Below, piece after piece: positions 12,306 to 22,998 of a stretch of DNA of 64,000 bases; the first letter of the stretch is position 1; each line of letters starts with the position of its first letter. A program made the translations under genes and the position numbers. The stretch spans positions 1,056,001-1,120,000 of the forward strand of contig CAVRAY010000001.1 of assembly GCA_963719225.1 (NCBI GenBank). The letters are read 5' to 3'. Under the pieces are notes generated by a model. It searched no databases and was not told the DNA's origin. It was given only the letters and a program-made list of their open reading frames with translations. This stretch comes from Thermoanaerobaculia bacterium. GTDB lineage: Bacteria; Acidobacteriota; Thermoanaerobaculia; UBA5066.

Positions 12306-13681
12306 TCCGTTCCTCCGTTCAAGACACTCTCGGGGCGGCGTCCCGCCTTGACGGCGAGCTTCAGCGCCGCCGTGTGCGCATCGGCGCGGGTGACGAGCTC
12401 CCGCGTTTCCGCCTCGCGGCGGGCCGTCGTGACGTCCAGGAGATCGAGCGTCTTGACGACACCCGCCCGGAAACGGTCGTCCGTGATGCGCTCGGCCTCG
12501 CGCGCAGACTCGAGCGCCCTCTTCGCGGTCTCGTGCCGGGCCTCGGCGGTCCTCGCCTCCTCGAAGGCCTGCCGGACCTCGAGGCGCACGCCTTCCGTGA
12601 ACCGGGCGAGGTCTTCGCGGCCGGCCCGGGCGTCCTCGCGCGCCGCGATTGCGGCGGCTCGGTCCGCGCCCCCCTGAAACACGTTCCAGGTGGCGACCGC
12701 CATGATCGAGCCCGACGTGCCCGTCGAGCCGAACGGCTTGTCTCCGTAGAGCTCGCCCTTGGCGACGAGCGCGAGCTTCGGCCAGAAGGGCGCCCGCTTC
12801 ACCTTCTCCTCGAGCTGGCCCGCCGCGAGGAGCTTCTTCGCCGAGCCGAGGTCGGGGCGTTCGGCGGCGGTCGCGAGCCAGCCGTCGACCGGCGTCGCGA
12901 CGGGGCGCGGGTCGGGCAGCGGGGCCAGGTCCCACGAGGACCCGCCTGCGGCGCCGAGCCGGAACGCGAGGTTCGCGTTCGCGACCCGCACGCGGCCGTC
13001 GGCCTCGGTCACGAGGTCGTCCATCCGGGCGAGCTCGACCTCGGCCCTCAGGAGCTCCGACCGGACGAGCATGCCCTGCGTGACGAAGTCGCCGGCGAGC
13101 TTGACGTGCGCCGCGACCGTGTCGCGCGACTTGTGGAGGAGCGCCGCGTGCTCCTCGGCCTGTGCGACCATAACGTACGCCTCGGCGGCCGAAAGGGCTG
13201 CGTTGTCGGCCACCCACGCGGACGTGCCGGAGGCGGCCCCGGCCGCGAGGCGGGCCTGGTCGATACGCCCCGAGAGCTCGCCGCCCGTGAAGAGGGGGAA
13301 GACGATCTCGGCGCGCGTGATGCCGGTGTTCAGGGGCGCCGCGTCGTTCGGGTCGCTCGCGACGAACTCCGGGAACGAGAACGTGCCCTGGTTGAGCTTC
13401 AGGGCGAACGCCTCGGCCGGGTTGTTCGTGCGCATGAAGAGCGCCGTCAGGTTGAGCGACGGGAGGCGCATGGCCTTCGCCTGGGAGGCCCTGGCCTCGG
13501 CGGCACCCTGGCGGGCCTGTGCAGCCGTCACTTCCCGGGCGCTTTCCCGAGCCTTTTGCATCGCGCTCGCCAGAGTGAGAGGCGAAGGGGCCGGCTCGGC
13601 GGCCCGGACGGACCCCGCCAGGGCCCACGCGAGAAAGAGGAGAACGAGGGGGTTGCGTTTTTCCTTCACGGCTGCTACCAT
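12302..13681 (-). CDS. TolC family outer membrane protein
   Basis: Signal peptide, PSLNL, PLFTGG, RFRAG..TLDLL; start may be GTG at 13669. Confidence 0.88.
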   Translation of the reverse strand: MVAAVKEKRNPLVLLFLAWALAGSVRAAEPAPSPLTLASAMQKARESAREVTAAQARQGAAEARASQAKAMRLPSLNLTALFMRTNNPAEAFALKLNQGTFSFPEFVASDPNDAAPLNTGITRAEIVFPLFTGGELSGRIDQARLAAGAASGTSAWVADNAALSAAEAYVMVAQAEEHAALLHKSRDTVAAHVKLAGDFVTQGMLVRSELLRAEVELARMDDLVTEADGRVRVANANLAFRLGAAGGSSWDLAPLPDPRPVATPVDGWLATAAERPDLGSAKKLLAAGQLEEKVKRAPFWPKLALVAKGELYGDKPFGSTGTSGSIMAVATWNVFQGGADRAAAIAAREDARAGREDLARFTEGVRLEVRQAFEEARTAEARHETAKRALESAREAERITDDRFRAGVVKTLDLLDVTTARREAETRELVTRADAHTAALKLAVKAGRRPESVLNGGTE

Positions 13682-13693
13682 ATAGCTATATGG
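13678..13693. promoter_or_regulatory. Perfect 16-bp palindrome, putative ArsR operator
   Basis: CCATATAGCTATATGG between divergent tolC and DUF2892 genes. Confidence 0.55.
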
Positions 13694-13740
13694 TTATAGA
13701 AGTCAATGGCCCCGTTACGGTCGATCCAAAGGAGACACCG

Positions 13741-13974
13741 ATGACCATCAACGACGCCCTCCGCAGCATCGCCGGATTCTTCGTCCTCGCCTCGGTCGCC
13801 CTCGGATACTTCGTCCACCCGGCCTTCTTGATCTTCACGGCCTTCGTGGGGGTCAACCTGCTTCAGAGCGGATTCACGAAGTGGTGCCCGATGATGTTCA
13901 TCCTCGGCAAGACAGGGCTGAAGGACGCGGTCGACCAGCCCAAGGCGCCCTGCTGCGCCGGGGAGGCCGCGTGA
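13741..13974 (+). CDS. DUF2892 (YgaP-like) membrane protein
   Basis: LRSIAG...FTAFVGVNLLQSGFTKWCPMM; AAGGAG RBS. Confidence 0.85.
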   Translation: MTINDALRSIAGFFVLASVALGYFVHPAFLIFTAFVGVNLLQSGFTKWCPMMFILGKTGLKDAVDQPKAPCCAGEAA

Positions 13975-14357
13975 ACGTCGCCGTCTCGTTCCCCGGCGGA
14001 GTGGCCGTCGAGGCCGACGTGAAGGGCCACCGGGTGCGGACCGACCAGCCGCGCCCCTACGGGGAAGACTCCGCGGCCGCGCCCTTCGACCTCTTCATCG
14101 CCTCGATCGCGACGTGCATGGGCTTCTACGCCCTGCGCTTCTGCCAGGAGCGCGGGATCGCGACGGAGGGACTCGGCCTCTCGGTCGAGACCGTCCGCGA
14201 CGAGGTGAAGAAGCGCCTCGCGACGATCCGGGTCGCGCTCACGCTCCCTCCCGGCTTCCCGGAGAAATACCAGGGCGCCATCCAGCGCGCCGTCGACCAG
14301 TGCGCGGTCAAGAAGCACATGGTCGAGCCGCCGGCGTTCGAGCTGACGGTCCACTAG
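13971..14357 (+). CDS. OsmC family protein
   Basis: TDQP...APFDLFIASIATC...CAVKKH. Confidence 0.88.
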   Translation: MNVAVSFPGGVAVEADVKGHRVRTDQPRPYGEDSAAAPFDLFIASIATCMGFYALRFCQERGIATEGLGLSVETVRDEVKKRLATIRVALTLPPGFPEKYQGAIQRAVDQCAVKKHMVEPPAFELTVH

Positions 14358-14363
14358 CGCCGG

Positions 14364-14741
14364 TCAGACCGCGCCGAAGAAGCCCCAGGAAAGGGCGAGA
14401 AGCACGGCGAGCGTGACGCCGACGTAGAGTCGGTCGCGCTCGCGCGCGAACTCGACGAGGCACAGGGCGACGCGCGCGAACGGCGTCGCGATGAGGAGCA
14501 GGACACCGAGCTGCATGATTCCGCGGGGGTGGGCCCATCCCGCGTACGCGAGCAGGTCCGGGATGGCGCGAAAGACCGCCGGCTCGCCGCGAAACATGTG
14601 GTAGTCGACGTGCCGGGCGCCGTCGCGCACGAGAAACGGAACGAGGCCGAGGACGATCACGGCGCTCGAGACGAGCACGCCGAGGCGCAGGATCGCCCCG
14701 ACCTCCCGCCCGAGGCGGCGCACCCTCCATCCGTCCGTCAC
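14364..14741 (-). CDS. DUF1634 family membrane protein
   Basis: LRLGVLVS...IMQLGVLLLIATPFARV...ERDRLY; follows TauE gene. Confidence 0.8.
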   Translation of the reverse strand: MTDGWRVRRLGREVGAILRLGVLVSSAVIVLGLVPFLVRDGARHVDYHMFRGEPAVFRAIPDLLAYAGWAHPRGIMQLGVLLLIATPFARVALCLVEFARERDRLYVGVTLAVLLALSWGFFGAV

Positions 14742-15574
14742 GCCGCACCCCGAAGGCCATGGACGATCATCTGGACGGCCATCACGAGGACGACGGCCGT
14801 GAAGACGAGGCGGAGGACGTTCGAGCGCGCCCGGGTGAGAATGCGCGCGCCGAGCGCCGAGCCCGCGAGGACACCGAGGACGACGGGCGCGGCGAGCGCC
14901 GGGTCGACGTATCCGCGGCTCAAGTAGACGCCGGCGCTCGCGGCCGCAGTCACACCGATCATGAAGTTGCTCGTCGTCGTCGAGACTTTGTAGGGGAGCC
15001 CGAGCACGTTGTCCATCGAGAGCACCTTGAGCGCGCCCGAACCGATCCCGAGGAGGCCGGAGGCCGCGCCCGCGACGACCATCAGAGACCACGCGAATGG
15101 GACGCGCCGCGGGTAGTACTCATGCTCGCCGGCGAGGGAGGGGTACGAGCCATTGAGGCCGAGACGCGTCGCGAGCGGATCGGGTGACCCGCTTGCCCCG
15201 GTCACGCGGTGCTCCTTCCACGAGAACGCCACCGAGGTGACGAGGACGACGCCGAAAATCACGGCGATCGCGGACGTCGGGACCCGCGATGCGAGGAACG
15301 CGCCCAGGAGAGCGCCGAGGGTCGTCGCGATCTCGAAAAAGAGGCCGATCCGCACGTTCGAGAATCCCTCGCGGACGTAGGCCGCCGCGGCGCCGCTCGA
15401 CGTCGCGATCACGGCGACGAGGGCCGTCCCGATCGCGTACTTGATGTCGACGCCGAGACCGAGCGTCAGGAGCGGGACGAGGACGACGCCGCCACCGAGT
15501 CCCGTGAGCGCGCCGACGAAGCCCGCGGCGGCGGCGCCGGAAAGAAGGAGCGCGCTGAAGGCGAGGACGTTCAC
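14738..15574 (-). CDS. Sulfite exporter TauE/SafE family protein
   Basis: GALTGLGGGVVLVP, SGLLGIGSG, KVSTTTSNFMIGVT. Confidence 0.9.
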   Translation of the reverse strand: MNVLAFSALLLSGAAAAGFVGALTGLGGGVVLVPLLTLGLGVDIKYAIGTALVAVIATSSGAAAAYVREGFSNVRIGLFFEIATTLGALLGAFLASRVPTSAIAVIFGVVLVTSVAFSWKEHRVTGASGSPDPLATRLGLNGSYPSLAGEHEYYPRRVPFAWSLMVVAGAASGLLGIGSGALKVLSMDNVLGLPYKVSTTTSNFMIGVTAAASAGVYLSRGYVDPALAAPVVLGVLAGSALGARILTRARSNVLRLVFTAVVLVMAVQMIVHGLRGAA

Positions 15575-15625
15575 GGCCTCACTTTACCGGGGTGCCGGTC
15601 CGGACCCCTGCGCTAAGCTGGGCTC

Positions 15626-16414
15626 GTGGGAGGGTCGGCTCTCCGCGCGGTCGCCTTTCTCGTCGGGCTGCTCGGTTTCAAGGCGGTCGAAGCGCTGGAG
15701 CCGCATCATGCGCCCACCGCCCCTCTCCGGCTGCGTTGGATCACGAATCTCGGCCTCGGGCTCGTCAACGGCGTTCTCGTCTCGCTCCTCTGCGCCTCGT
15801 GCTTCATTCTGACGGCACAGGGCCGACTCCCCGCGGCCTTCGCCCCGCTGCCACGGCTCACATCGAACCTCTGGGTCCAGATCGTCGTCGCCGTCGTGTT
15901 CCTCGACCTCCTCACGTACGCGCTTCATCGCGCCTACCACCGCGTCCCGTTCTTCTGGCGCTTCCACCTGGTGCACCACACCGATCTCGATCTCGACGTC
16001 TCCTCGGCGTCGCGTTTCCACACGGGCGAGGTGCTCTTCTCCTCCGTCGTGAAGCTCGGCGCGATCACCCTGGCCGGCATCCCGCCTCTGGGACTCGTCG
16101 TCTTCGAGGTCGTGATGCTCGCCTGCGCCCAGTTCCAGCACGCGAACATCAAGGTTCCGGCGCGGCTGGAGCCGATTCTCTGGCGGACGCTCGTGCCCCC
16201 GGCGATGCACCGGCTCCATCATGCCCCGAACCGCAAGGACACCGACTCGAATTACGGGACGATCCTGACCACCTGGGATTACCTGCTGGGGACGTTCAAT
16301 CGCCGGGCGGCCGAAGACCAGCCGTCGTTCGGCGTTCCCCGGATGCGCGATCCGAAATTGCTCTCCCTGGGCTCGCTCGCGACGCTGCCGTTCCGGCGCT
16401 CCGCCGAAGGCTGA
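15626..16414 (+). CDS. Sterol desaturase / fatty acid hydroxylase family protein
   Basis: His boxes HRAYH, HLVHH, HRLHH; SNYG...WDYLLGTF. Confidence 0.88.
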   Translation: MGGSALRAVAFLVGLLGFKAVEALEPHHAPTAPLRLRWITNLGLGLVNGVLVSLLCASCFILTAQGRLPAAFAPLPRLTSNLWVQIVVAVVFLDLLTYALHRAYHRVPFFWRFHLVHHTDLDLDVSSASRFHTGEVLFSSVVKLGAITLAGIPPLGLVVFEVVMLACAQFQHANIKVPARLEPILWRTLVPPAMHRLHHAPNRKDTDSNYGTILTTWDYLLGTFNRRAAEDQPSFGVPRMRDPKLLSLGSLATLPFRRSAEG

Positions 16415-16417
16415 CGC

Positions 16418-17119
16418 TCAATCCGCGAGAATCGCCGACAGCCGTTCCACGATCGCGTGTCCGGCTTCCTTGTCGTAGGGAGCCGCGTAGAACTGAGCGA
16501 GATCGAGGGGAGCGTGCATGGCGACGCGGCAGGTCTTCAGGATCTTTCCCGGGAGCTGCTTGTGGAGGAGAAGCCTGCGGAAGCCGTCCACGCGCACGGG
16601 GACGGCCACGGCCTTCGTGCGATGAAGGAGCTGGGCGACGCCCGGCCTCAGCGGCGCGCCCTTCTGCGTCGTGCCGGCGGGAAAGTGGAGGAGCCACCCG
16701 TTCGTGATGGCCTCCTCCACTTTCGCGACGCCCTCGAAGTCGACGGTCCTCTTCACCTCTTTCCCGCCTTCGCGAAAGCTGCGTCGGAACGTGACGCCGC
16801 CCGCCTTCGTGAAGAGCTGCGTCAGGGGGTTCTGCTTCATCGTCTCCGTCGCCGCCGAGAAGCGCATGAACGGGTTCTCGAGGGGGAGGTGGTGCTTCAC
16901 GTACACGATGTCGAAGATCGCCATCGCCTCCATGAAATACGTCTGGTGGTTCGACAGAAAGACGACGTTCTTCCGCGGTAATCTGTCGATGATCGAGTCG
17001 CCGGTGACTTTCACGCGGTTCAGCAGCCTGAAATAGGGCACCGTGAATCCGAGCCCGAGGCTCGTGATGATTCCGCGGCGAAGCCAGCGGTCGAGAAACG
17101 TCTGCTTGAGCGAGGCCAA
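16418..17119 (-). CDS. Lysophospholipid acyltransferase family protein
   Basis: SNHQTYF and HFPAGTT motifs. Confidence 0.8.
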   Translation of the reverse strand: MASLKQTFLDRWLRRGIITSLGLGFTVPYFRLLNRVKVTGDSIIDRLPRKNVVFLSNHQTYFMEAMAIFDIVYVKHHLPLENPFMRFSAATETMKQNPLTQLFTKAGGVTFRRSFREGGKEVKRTVDFEGVAKVEEAITNGWLLHFPAGTTQKGAPLRPGVAQLLHRTKAVAVPVRVDGFRRLLLHKQLPGKILKTCRVAMHAPLDLAQFYAAPYDKEAGHAIVERLSAILAD

Positions 17120-17148
17120 CCTGGGCGGATTCTAGGACGAGGACGCGG

Positions 17149-17658
17149 TCAGGGGCGGGCGGCCTGCTCGATTCCCCAGACGACCATGTCGGTCGATCTC
17201 GGAGCGTGGCCGAGGCGCCGCACCATCGAGGAAATCTGGCCCCGATGGTACGTCTGATGGTTCACGACGTGCCGGACGGCCACCCAGAAGGGGACCGTCC
17301 TCTCCTCGCCCTTCAGGTTCTTCCAGACGAACGGTCCCTGGAGGCGTTCTTGCGTGTAGGTCGCGAGGAGAGCCCGGTGCTTCTCCTGCGCCGCGAGCAG
17401 CACCCGCGCCGCGTCCTCGAGGCCGGGAAGCTCGTCGACCGCCGGAAGGCGCGTCGCGTCGCGGCCGGAGAAGCGCACGGCCCAGGCGTCCGTCGCGCCC
17501 GCGAGATGGACGAAGACGGCTCGCAGCGAGGGCCAGCCGCCCCCCTGATCCTTCGCGTAATCCTCCCCGGGCAGCACGCTCAGCGTCTCGAGGACGCGCG
17601 CGTTCGCCCACTCGTTGAAGGAGTAGAGGGAAGGGAGGTCGTCCGGCGGAAAGCTCAT
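17149..17658 (-). CDS. DinB family protein
   Basis: FNEWANAR...HLAG...HVVNHQTYHRGQ. Confidence 0.88.
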   Translation of the reverse strand: MSFPPDDLPSLYSFNEWANARVLETLSVLPGEDYAKDQGGGWPSLRAVFVHLAGATDAWAVRFSGRDATRLPAVDELPGLEDAARVLLAAQEKHRALLATYTQERLQGPFVWKNLKGEERTVPFWVAVRHVVNHQTYHRGQISSMVRRLGHAPRSTDMVVWGIEQAARP

Positions 17659-18647
17659 TTGGTCGGGTCCTCGACGATCGTGTTCGTGAGAGTCCCGAGC
17701 CCGTCGATCGTGAGGCTCACGACGTCGCCCGGCTTCAGCCACTGATCGTGCGTGATCTTGGAGCCGTTCAGCTCCAGGAAGCAGCCGGTCCCGACGGTGC
17801 CCGAACCGATCACCTCTCCGGGTTCGAGCGTCACGCCGTCGGCGGCGCGCCGGATGATCTCGGCGAAGGTCCAGTTCATCTCGGAGACGTCGCCGTTCGA
17901 GACGGGAACGTGGTTCACCGTCGCCGACATGCGCGCGTGAAGCACGTTGCCCTTCGATGAAGGCTTCAGCCGGTCCTCGAGCTCGTCCTTCGTGACGAGC
18001 CACGGGCCGAGCCCCGTCGCAAAGTCCTTGCCCTTCGCCGGTCCCAGATTCAGCTTCATCTCCGCCGTCTGGAGCGCGCGCGCCGAAAAGTCGTTCAGGA
18101 CGCCGTAGCCGAAGATCGCGTCGTCGGCCTCGGCGAGCGTGGGGTTCGTGATCCTCTTTCCGATGACGCAGAACGCCTCCAGCTCGAAATCCAGCTTCTC
18201 GAGCCGGCTCCGGCCCACGCGCAGCTCGCCGGGACCGGTGACCGCGAGCGCGTTCGTGAAGTAGAAGACGGGGAACGCGTCGAACTCCGGGATCATCTCG
18301 AGGCCGCGGTTCCGGCGCGCCGTCTCGACGTGCTGGCGAAACGCGTATCCGTCGCGGATCGAAACCGGTCGCGGCAGCGGGGCGAGAAGGGTGACCGCCT
18401 GCTCCGAATGAAAGGCCTCGCGCGGCAGCTCGGAAGCCATCCCGAGGAGGGACCTCGCTTTCGGCACGAGCTCTTCGGCGCGCTCGACGAGGTCGAGCAT
18501 CCCGACCTTCGCGAACCGCGCGTCGGCGCGGGCGAACTCGAGGATCCGATCCTCTCCGACGAACGCGCCCAGACGCGGGCGCGGGAACGTGAAGACCCCC
18601 GAAGCCCCGGAATCGCCTTCCGAGGGAAGGAACGAAACCAGTCTCAT
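17655..18647 (-). CDS. Fumarylacetoacetate hydrolase family protein
   Basis: LDFELE, NDFSAR, KGKDF, GSGTVGTG. Confidence 0.9.
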   Translation of the reverse strand: MRLVSFLPSEGDSGASGVFTFPRPRLGAFVGEDRILEFARADARFAKVGMLDLVERAEELVPKARSLLGMASELPREAFHSEQAVTLLAPLPRPVSIRDGYAFRQHVETARRNRGLEMIPEFDAFPVFYFTNALAVTGPGELRVGRSRLEKLDFELEAFCVIGKRITNPTLAEADDAIFGYGVLNDFSARALQTAEMKLNLGPAKGKDFATGLGPWLVTKDELEDRLKPSSKGNVLHARMSATVNHVPVSNGDVSEMNWTFAEIIRRAADGVTLEPGEVIGSGTVGTGCFLELNGSKITHDQWLKPGDVVSLTIDGLGTLTNTIVEDPTK

Positions 18648-18698
18648 TTGACGGGAGTCTATCGCCGCGGAGCCCGGGCCGCCGTAAGCTCGCGGGTC

Positions 18699-19394
18699 AT
18701 GCCCCGGCCCTTCGGTCGCGATCGCCTCGGCGGTGTCCGGGACGGGAAGCTGCTTCTTCTCTGCGAGAGATCGAAGGGGTGGCGCGCCCGGTCGGGCGCC
18801 ACGGCGACGTCCCCCGAGCATCCGGGCACCTGCGTGCGGTGGGAAGACGAGCTCTTCGAGGTCGAGGACCTCGAGGCTTGCGCGGACGGGAGCGTGACGT
18901 ACGCGCTGCGCCCCTGGGACGTGCGCCACGCGATCCGCGTCGTCGACGCCTACAGCCCCGAGTCCGAGGCCGCGCGATCGGCCCGGGCGCGCGACGCGCG
19001 CCGCCGGGTCGAAGGACACACGGGGATTCTGCTCCTCGCGCCCCTGCTCGGTTGCCTTCCGGCCCTCGTCCAGGAGCGGCTCGAGAACGAATACAACGTC
19101 CGGGCGTCGTGGATGTCGCTCGCCTCGGCGCTGCCGCTCTTCATGTTCGGTGCGTTCTGCTTCATCGTGGCACTTGCTTCCGCTTTTGGAGGGCCGCCAA
19201 TCCTGCCGGACCGGGTCCTCTTCGTTGGGCAGTACCTCTGGATTGAATCTGCCGTGCGTATCACGGTCGCCTCCAGGCAGAACCGCGGTATCGGCAACGT
19301 CGCCGGAACGCTGCTCTACGAGATCTGGCATCTCGCGCGCAGGGGCCTTGACCGCGCCCGCCGCACGTCGCCTCCTCGAAAGGACACCGCTTGA
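18699..19394 (+). CDS. Hypothetical membrane protein
   Basis: Open frame from MPRPFGRDRL with C-terminal TM segments. Confidence 0.55.
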   Translation: MPRPFGRDRLGGVRDGKLLLLCERSKGWRARSGATATSPEHPGTCVRWEDELFEVEDLEACADGSVTYALRPWDVRHAIRVVDAYSPESEAARSARARDARRRVEGHTGILLLAPLLGCLPALVQERLENEYNVRASWMSLASALPLFMFGAFCFIVALASAFGGPPILPDRVLFVGQYLWIESAVRITVASRQNRGIGNVAGTLLYEIWHLARRGLDRARRTSPPRKDTA

Positions 19395-19431
19395 ATGATT
19401 ATCCGGTCCGCTTCTTGCGTCGGCCCGGCGC

Positions 19432-19920
19432 GTGAGCATCACGGAGAAGCGCCTTCGCAAGCCCTTCGCGGCCATCGTGGCCGGGGGCTGGCTCGGGATC
19501 GTCGGCCTTCTCACGTTCGTTTTTCCGGCGTCCAACCGCTATACGGGCCGGGTCGTGTCGATCTCGGAAAGCGCGCGGATCTTCGTTCTCAAGGACGGCC
19601 GTCCCCGGAGCCTTCGCGTCGCCGAGATCGATTTCCCCGAAAAGGGACATCCGCGTGCCAGAGAGGCACGCGAGCTCGCGAATCGTCTCGCCCTGGGCCG
19701 CGACGTGAAGGTCGAGGAGGCCCGGCTCGCGGACGGAAGCCGGGAAGCCTACGTGACGCTGCCGAGCGGCCGGAACCTCAGCGCCGAGCTCGTGAGGGCG
19801 GGCCTTGCCTGGCCGAGCACGCGCCGCGCGGGCCGGCTGTCGTCACATCTCGCGGCTCTCGAGACGCGTGCGATGTCGGACCGGCGAGGCGTCTGGGCAG
19901 CCCCGCTCGCCGAGAACTAG
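19432..19920 (+). CDS. Thermonuclease (SNase)-like protein
   Basis: LRVAEIDFPE...AYVTL...NLSAELVRAGLAW...RRGVWA. Confidence 0.7.
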   Translation: MSITEKRLRKPFAAIVAGGWLGIVGLLTFVFPASNRYTGRVVSISESARIFVLKDGRPRSLRVAEIDFPEKGHPRAREARELANRLALGRDVKVEEARLADGSREAYVTLPSGRNLSAELVRAGLAWPSTRRAGRLSSHLAALETRAMSDRRGVWAAPLAEN

Positions 19921-19932
19921 CCGAGCGCCGGC

Positions 19933-20676
19933 TCAGCTCTTCGGCTTGCGGGCCGTGACGATGCGCATCGGCGGATACGTCTCGAAGAGTCCGAGGCCGG
20001 ACCTTTCGACGCTGAAATCCGCCTCGCGAAAAGCCGTCGCGTAAAGCGATGTGTCGCGGAAGTCCGAGATGAGGGCCAAACCTCCGGGCCGCAGCACCCG
20101 CCCGATCTCGCGGCAGGCCTCCGCGCGGCCCTTCGCGTTCGGGATGTTGTGGAGACAGACGTTCGAGAGCACGACGTCGAACGAGGCGTCGGGAAAAGGC
20201 ATCTTGCGGGCGTCCGCGGTGCGCACTTCGATGCGCTCGGCGACGCCCTCGGCTTCCGCGTTTGCGAGGAAAGAGTCCGCGGTGTTCCCGGTGAGGTCCG
20301 CCGCGTTCCAGATGTCGATCCCGACGACGCGGCCGGTCGTGAGCTTTCCGGCCGCGCCGATCGCGAGAAGCCCGCGCCCGGTTCCCACGTCGAGGACGTT
20401 TTCCGCTCCCGTCCATGGGATCATCGCGAGCATCCGGTCGCGATGGCGGAACTTGCCGACCTCGGAATAGAGGATCATGAGAGCGCCGCCGAGCAGGCAC
20501 GCCACGGCCCCTCCCGTGAACATGCCCCGGACCTCCAGCGTCACGCTCGTGCCGGCCACCGCGAAGGGTCCGACACGCGACGGCCCGAACAGCGCCGCCG
20601 CGAGCAGGACCCCTCCGATGACGAAGAGATTCCGGATGACGCCCGGGGCGTCGATCCCGTAGTCCGCTTTGCGCAT
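19933..20676 (-). CDS. Class I SAM-dependent methyltransferase
   Basis: VLDVGTGRG, PFPDASFDVV, RVLRPGG. Confidence 0.92.
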   Translation of the reverse strand: MRKADYGIDAPGVIRNLFVIGGVLLAAALFGPSRVGPFAVAGTSVTLEVRGMFTGGAVACLLGGALMILYSEVGKFRHRDRMLAMIPWTGAENVLDVGTGRGLLAIGAAGKLTTGRVVGIDIWNAADLTGNTADSFLANAEAEGVAERIEVRTADARKMPFPDASFDVVLSNVCLHNIPNAKGRAEACREIGRVLRPGGLALISDFRDTSLYATAFREADFSVERSGLGLFETYPPMRIVTARKPKS

Positions 20677-20693
20677 GGTGAGATGCTACGACG

Positions 20694-22991
20694 ATGCCAA
20701 ACCGGCTCGGAGCCGAATCATCCCCCTACCTCCTCCAGCACGCGCACAACCCCGTGGACTGGTACCCGTGGGGCGACGAGGCGTTCGAGAAGGCGCGGCG
20801 CGAGGAGAAGCCCGTCTTTCTCTCGATCGGATACTCGTCCTGCCATTGGTGCCACGTGATGGAGCGCGAGTCGTTCGAGAGCGAGGAGATCGCGCGCTTC
20901 CTGAACGAGCACTGGGTCAGCATCAAGGTCGACCGCGAGGAGAGGCCCGACGTCGACGACGTCTACATGACGGCCGTCCAGCTCATGTCGGGGCGCGGAG
21001 GCTGGCCCCTGTCCGCATTCCTCCTTCCCGACAGGAGGCCGTTCTTCGCGGGAACGTACTTCCCGCCCGACGACCGCCATGGCCGGCCGGGCTTCCTCAC
21101 GGTCCTGAAGCGCCTCGAGGCCGCATGGCGCGAAAAGCGCGCCGACCTCGAGAGCGGCGCCGCCGAGCTCGCCGAGGAAATCGCCTCCGCGTCCGGTCTC
21201 GCGGCCCGCGGCGCGGCGGAGCCCCTTTCGGCCTCCCTGCTCGGCCTCCTGGGAGGGGCCTTGACGCGACTCTTCGACACCTCTCACGGGGGTTTCGGCG
21301 GCGCTCCGAAATTCCCCCCGCACCTCGCGCTCGCGTGGCTCCTCCGCCGGGGGGCGGGAGGCGACGCGGCCGCGCTCGGAATGGCGCAGGCCACGCTCGA
21401 CGCCATGGCGTTCGGCGGAATCCGCGACCATCTCGGCGGCGGCTTTCACCGGTATTCCACCGATGCCGAATGGCTCCTCCCGCACTTCGAGAAGATGCTC
21501 ACCGACAACGCGCAGCTCCTCGGGCTTTACGCGCGCGCATACGCCCTCAGGGGCGACGAGGCGTACGCGCAGGTCGCACGCGAGACGGGCGATTACCTGC
21601 TTCGTGAGATGCGTGGAGAAGAAGGCGGGTTCTACGCGGGGACGGACGCGGACTCGGAGGGGGAAGAGGGGAAATTTTTTGTTTGGGACCCGAGCCAGAT
21701 CCGCGAGGTCCTCGGGAAGGAAGAAGCCGAATACTTCTTAGAATGGTATTCGGTCAAAGAGGGAGGAAACTTCCTCGAAGAATCGACGGGGCGTCCCACG
21801 GGCCTCAGCGTTCTTCACCTTTCTAAGAGAATCTCCTCTTCGCCGGGCGCGGAAGCTCGGCTCGGGCCGCTTCGGCAACGACTTCTCGAGGCGCGCAGCA
21901 AACGAGTCCCCCCCGCGCTCGACGACAAGCGCGTCGCGGGGTGGAACGCCCTCGCCGTTTCTGGTTTCGCCGTCGCCGCGTCCGCGCTCTCCGAGCCGCG
22001 CTACCTCGAGGCGGCGCGCAGAGGGGCCCGCTTCCTTCTCGAGGACTGCCGCGGCGCCGAGGGACGGCTCCAGCGCACCTGGAAGGACGGCGTCGCGAAG
22101 ATCCCTTCCTTCCTCGAGGACGACGCTTTTCTCGCGCACGCTCTCCTCGACCTCGAGGAGGAGGACGAAGAGGGCGCCCAGAACTGGCGGCGCGAAGCGG
22201 CGGCCGTGATCGCGGGAATGCGCGCGCGATTCGGCAGGAGGGACGGCCCTGGCTTCACGTTTTCCGGAGACGGAAACGAGACTCTTCTCGTGAGCGGGCG
22301 GGACCTCTTCGACAAGGCCACGCCCTCGGCCTCCGGCGCCGCCGCATGGGCCCTCGCGCGCCTCGCGCTGAAGACGGGCGACCGCGCGCTCGCGCGCGAA
22401 GCGCGCGAAGCGGTCGAGGAAGTGTCGTGGCTCATGACGCGTTCGCCGCACGGCACGGAATCGTGGTTCTTCGCGCTGGAGACTCTGCTCGAGTTCGAGG
22501 AGAAATACGGTTTGCTCCCTCTCGCGGACACCGGCGGAGCGCGGCGACCTACAGTGGGGCAGGGCCTGGGTGGTTTTTCTTCGAAGGTGAATAGGGCTGA
22601 AACATGGGAAGCGCCCGTGCGCGTCGAAGGAGTGGCCGTCGAGACCCGAGTGCCGCGCGGTGAAAAGGGTGTCATCCGCATGCGGATCTCGGTCGCTCCC
22701 GACTGGCATCTGCAGGGGCCTGACGGTTTTCGCATCGAAGCATGGGCCGGGTCCGATTTCACCTTCGAAGAAATCCTCCTTCCGCCGCCCTCGCGCATCG
22801 AAGACACGAGTGGCGAGGCGGTCTCCGGGTGGCACGGGACCCTCGAAGCAAATCTCTCTTTCTCCGCATCCCGAAAGGCATCGAAAGGGATGAAGGAAGT
22901 GAGCGTCCGTGTGATCTATCGCGCCTGCGGCGAGGGCGCCTGCCGGCCCGAGGAAGTTCTCTCTCTGTCGGTGCCGGTCGAAGTCGTCTGA
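20694..22991 (+). CDS. Thioredoxin-domain protein (YyaL/SPATA20 family) with C-terminal extension
   Basis: [38 protein letters not shown]. Confidence 0.92.
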   Translation: MPNRLGAESSPYLLQHAHNPVDWYPWGDEAFEKARREEKPVFLSIGYSSCHWCHVMERESFESEEIARFLNEHWVSIKVDREERPDVDDVYMTAVQLMSGRGGWPLSAFLLPDRRPFFAGTYFPPDDRHGRPGFLTVLKRLEAAWREKRADLESGAAELAEEIASASGLAARGAAEPLSASLLGLLGGALTRLFDTSHGGFGGAPKFPPHLALAWLLRRGAGGDAAALGMAQATLDAMAFGGIRDHLGGGFHRYSTDAEWLLPHFEKMLTDNAQLLGLYARAYALRGDEAYAQVARETGDYLLREMRGEEGGFYAGTDADSEGEEGKFFVWDPSQIREVLGKEEAEYFLEWYSVKEGGNFLEESTGRPTGLSVLHLSKRISSSPGAEARLGPLRQRLLEARSKRVPPALDDKRVAGWNALAVSGFAVAASALSEPRYLEAARRGARFLLEDCRGAEGRLQRTWKDGVAKIPSFLEDDAFLAHALLDLEEEDEEGAQNWRREAAAVIAGMRARFGRRDGPGFTFSGDGNETLLVSGRDLFDKATPSASGAAAWALARLALKTGDRALAREAREAVEEVSWLMTRSPHGTESWFFALETLLEFEEKYGLLPLADTGGARRPTVGQGLGGFSSKVNRAETWEAPVRVEGVAVETRVPRGEKGVIRMRISVAPDWHLQGPDGFRIEAWAGSDFTFEEILLPPPSRIEDTSGEAVSGWHGTLEANLSFSASRKASKGMKEVSVRVIYRACGEGACRPEEVLSLSVPVEVV

Positions 22992-22998
22992 GCGGCGC

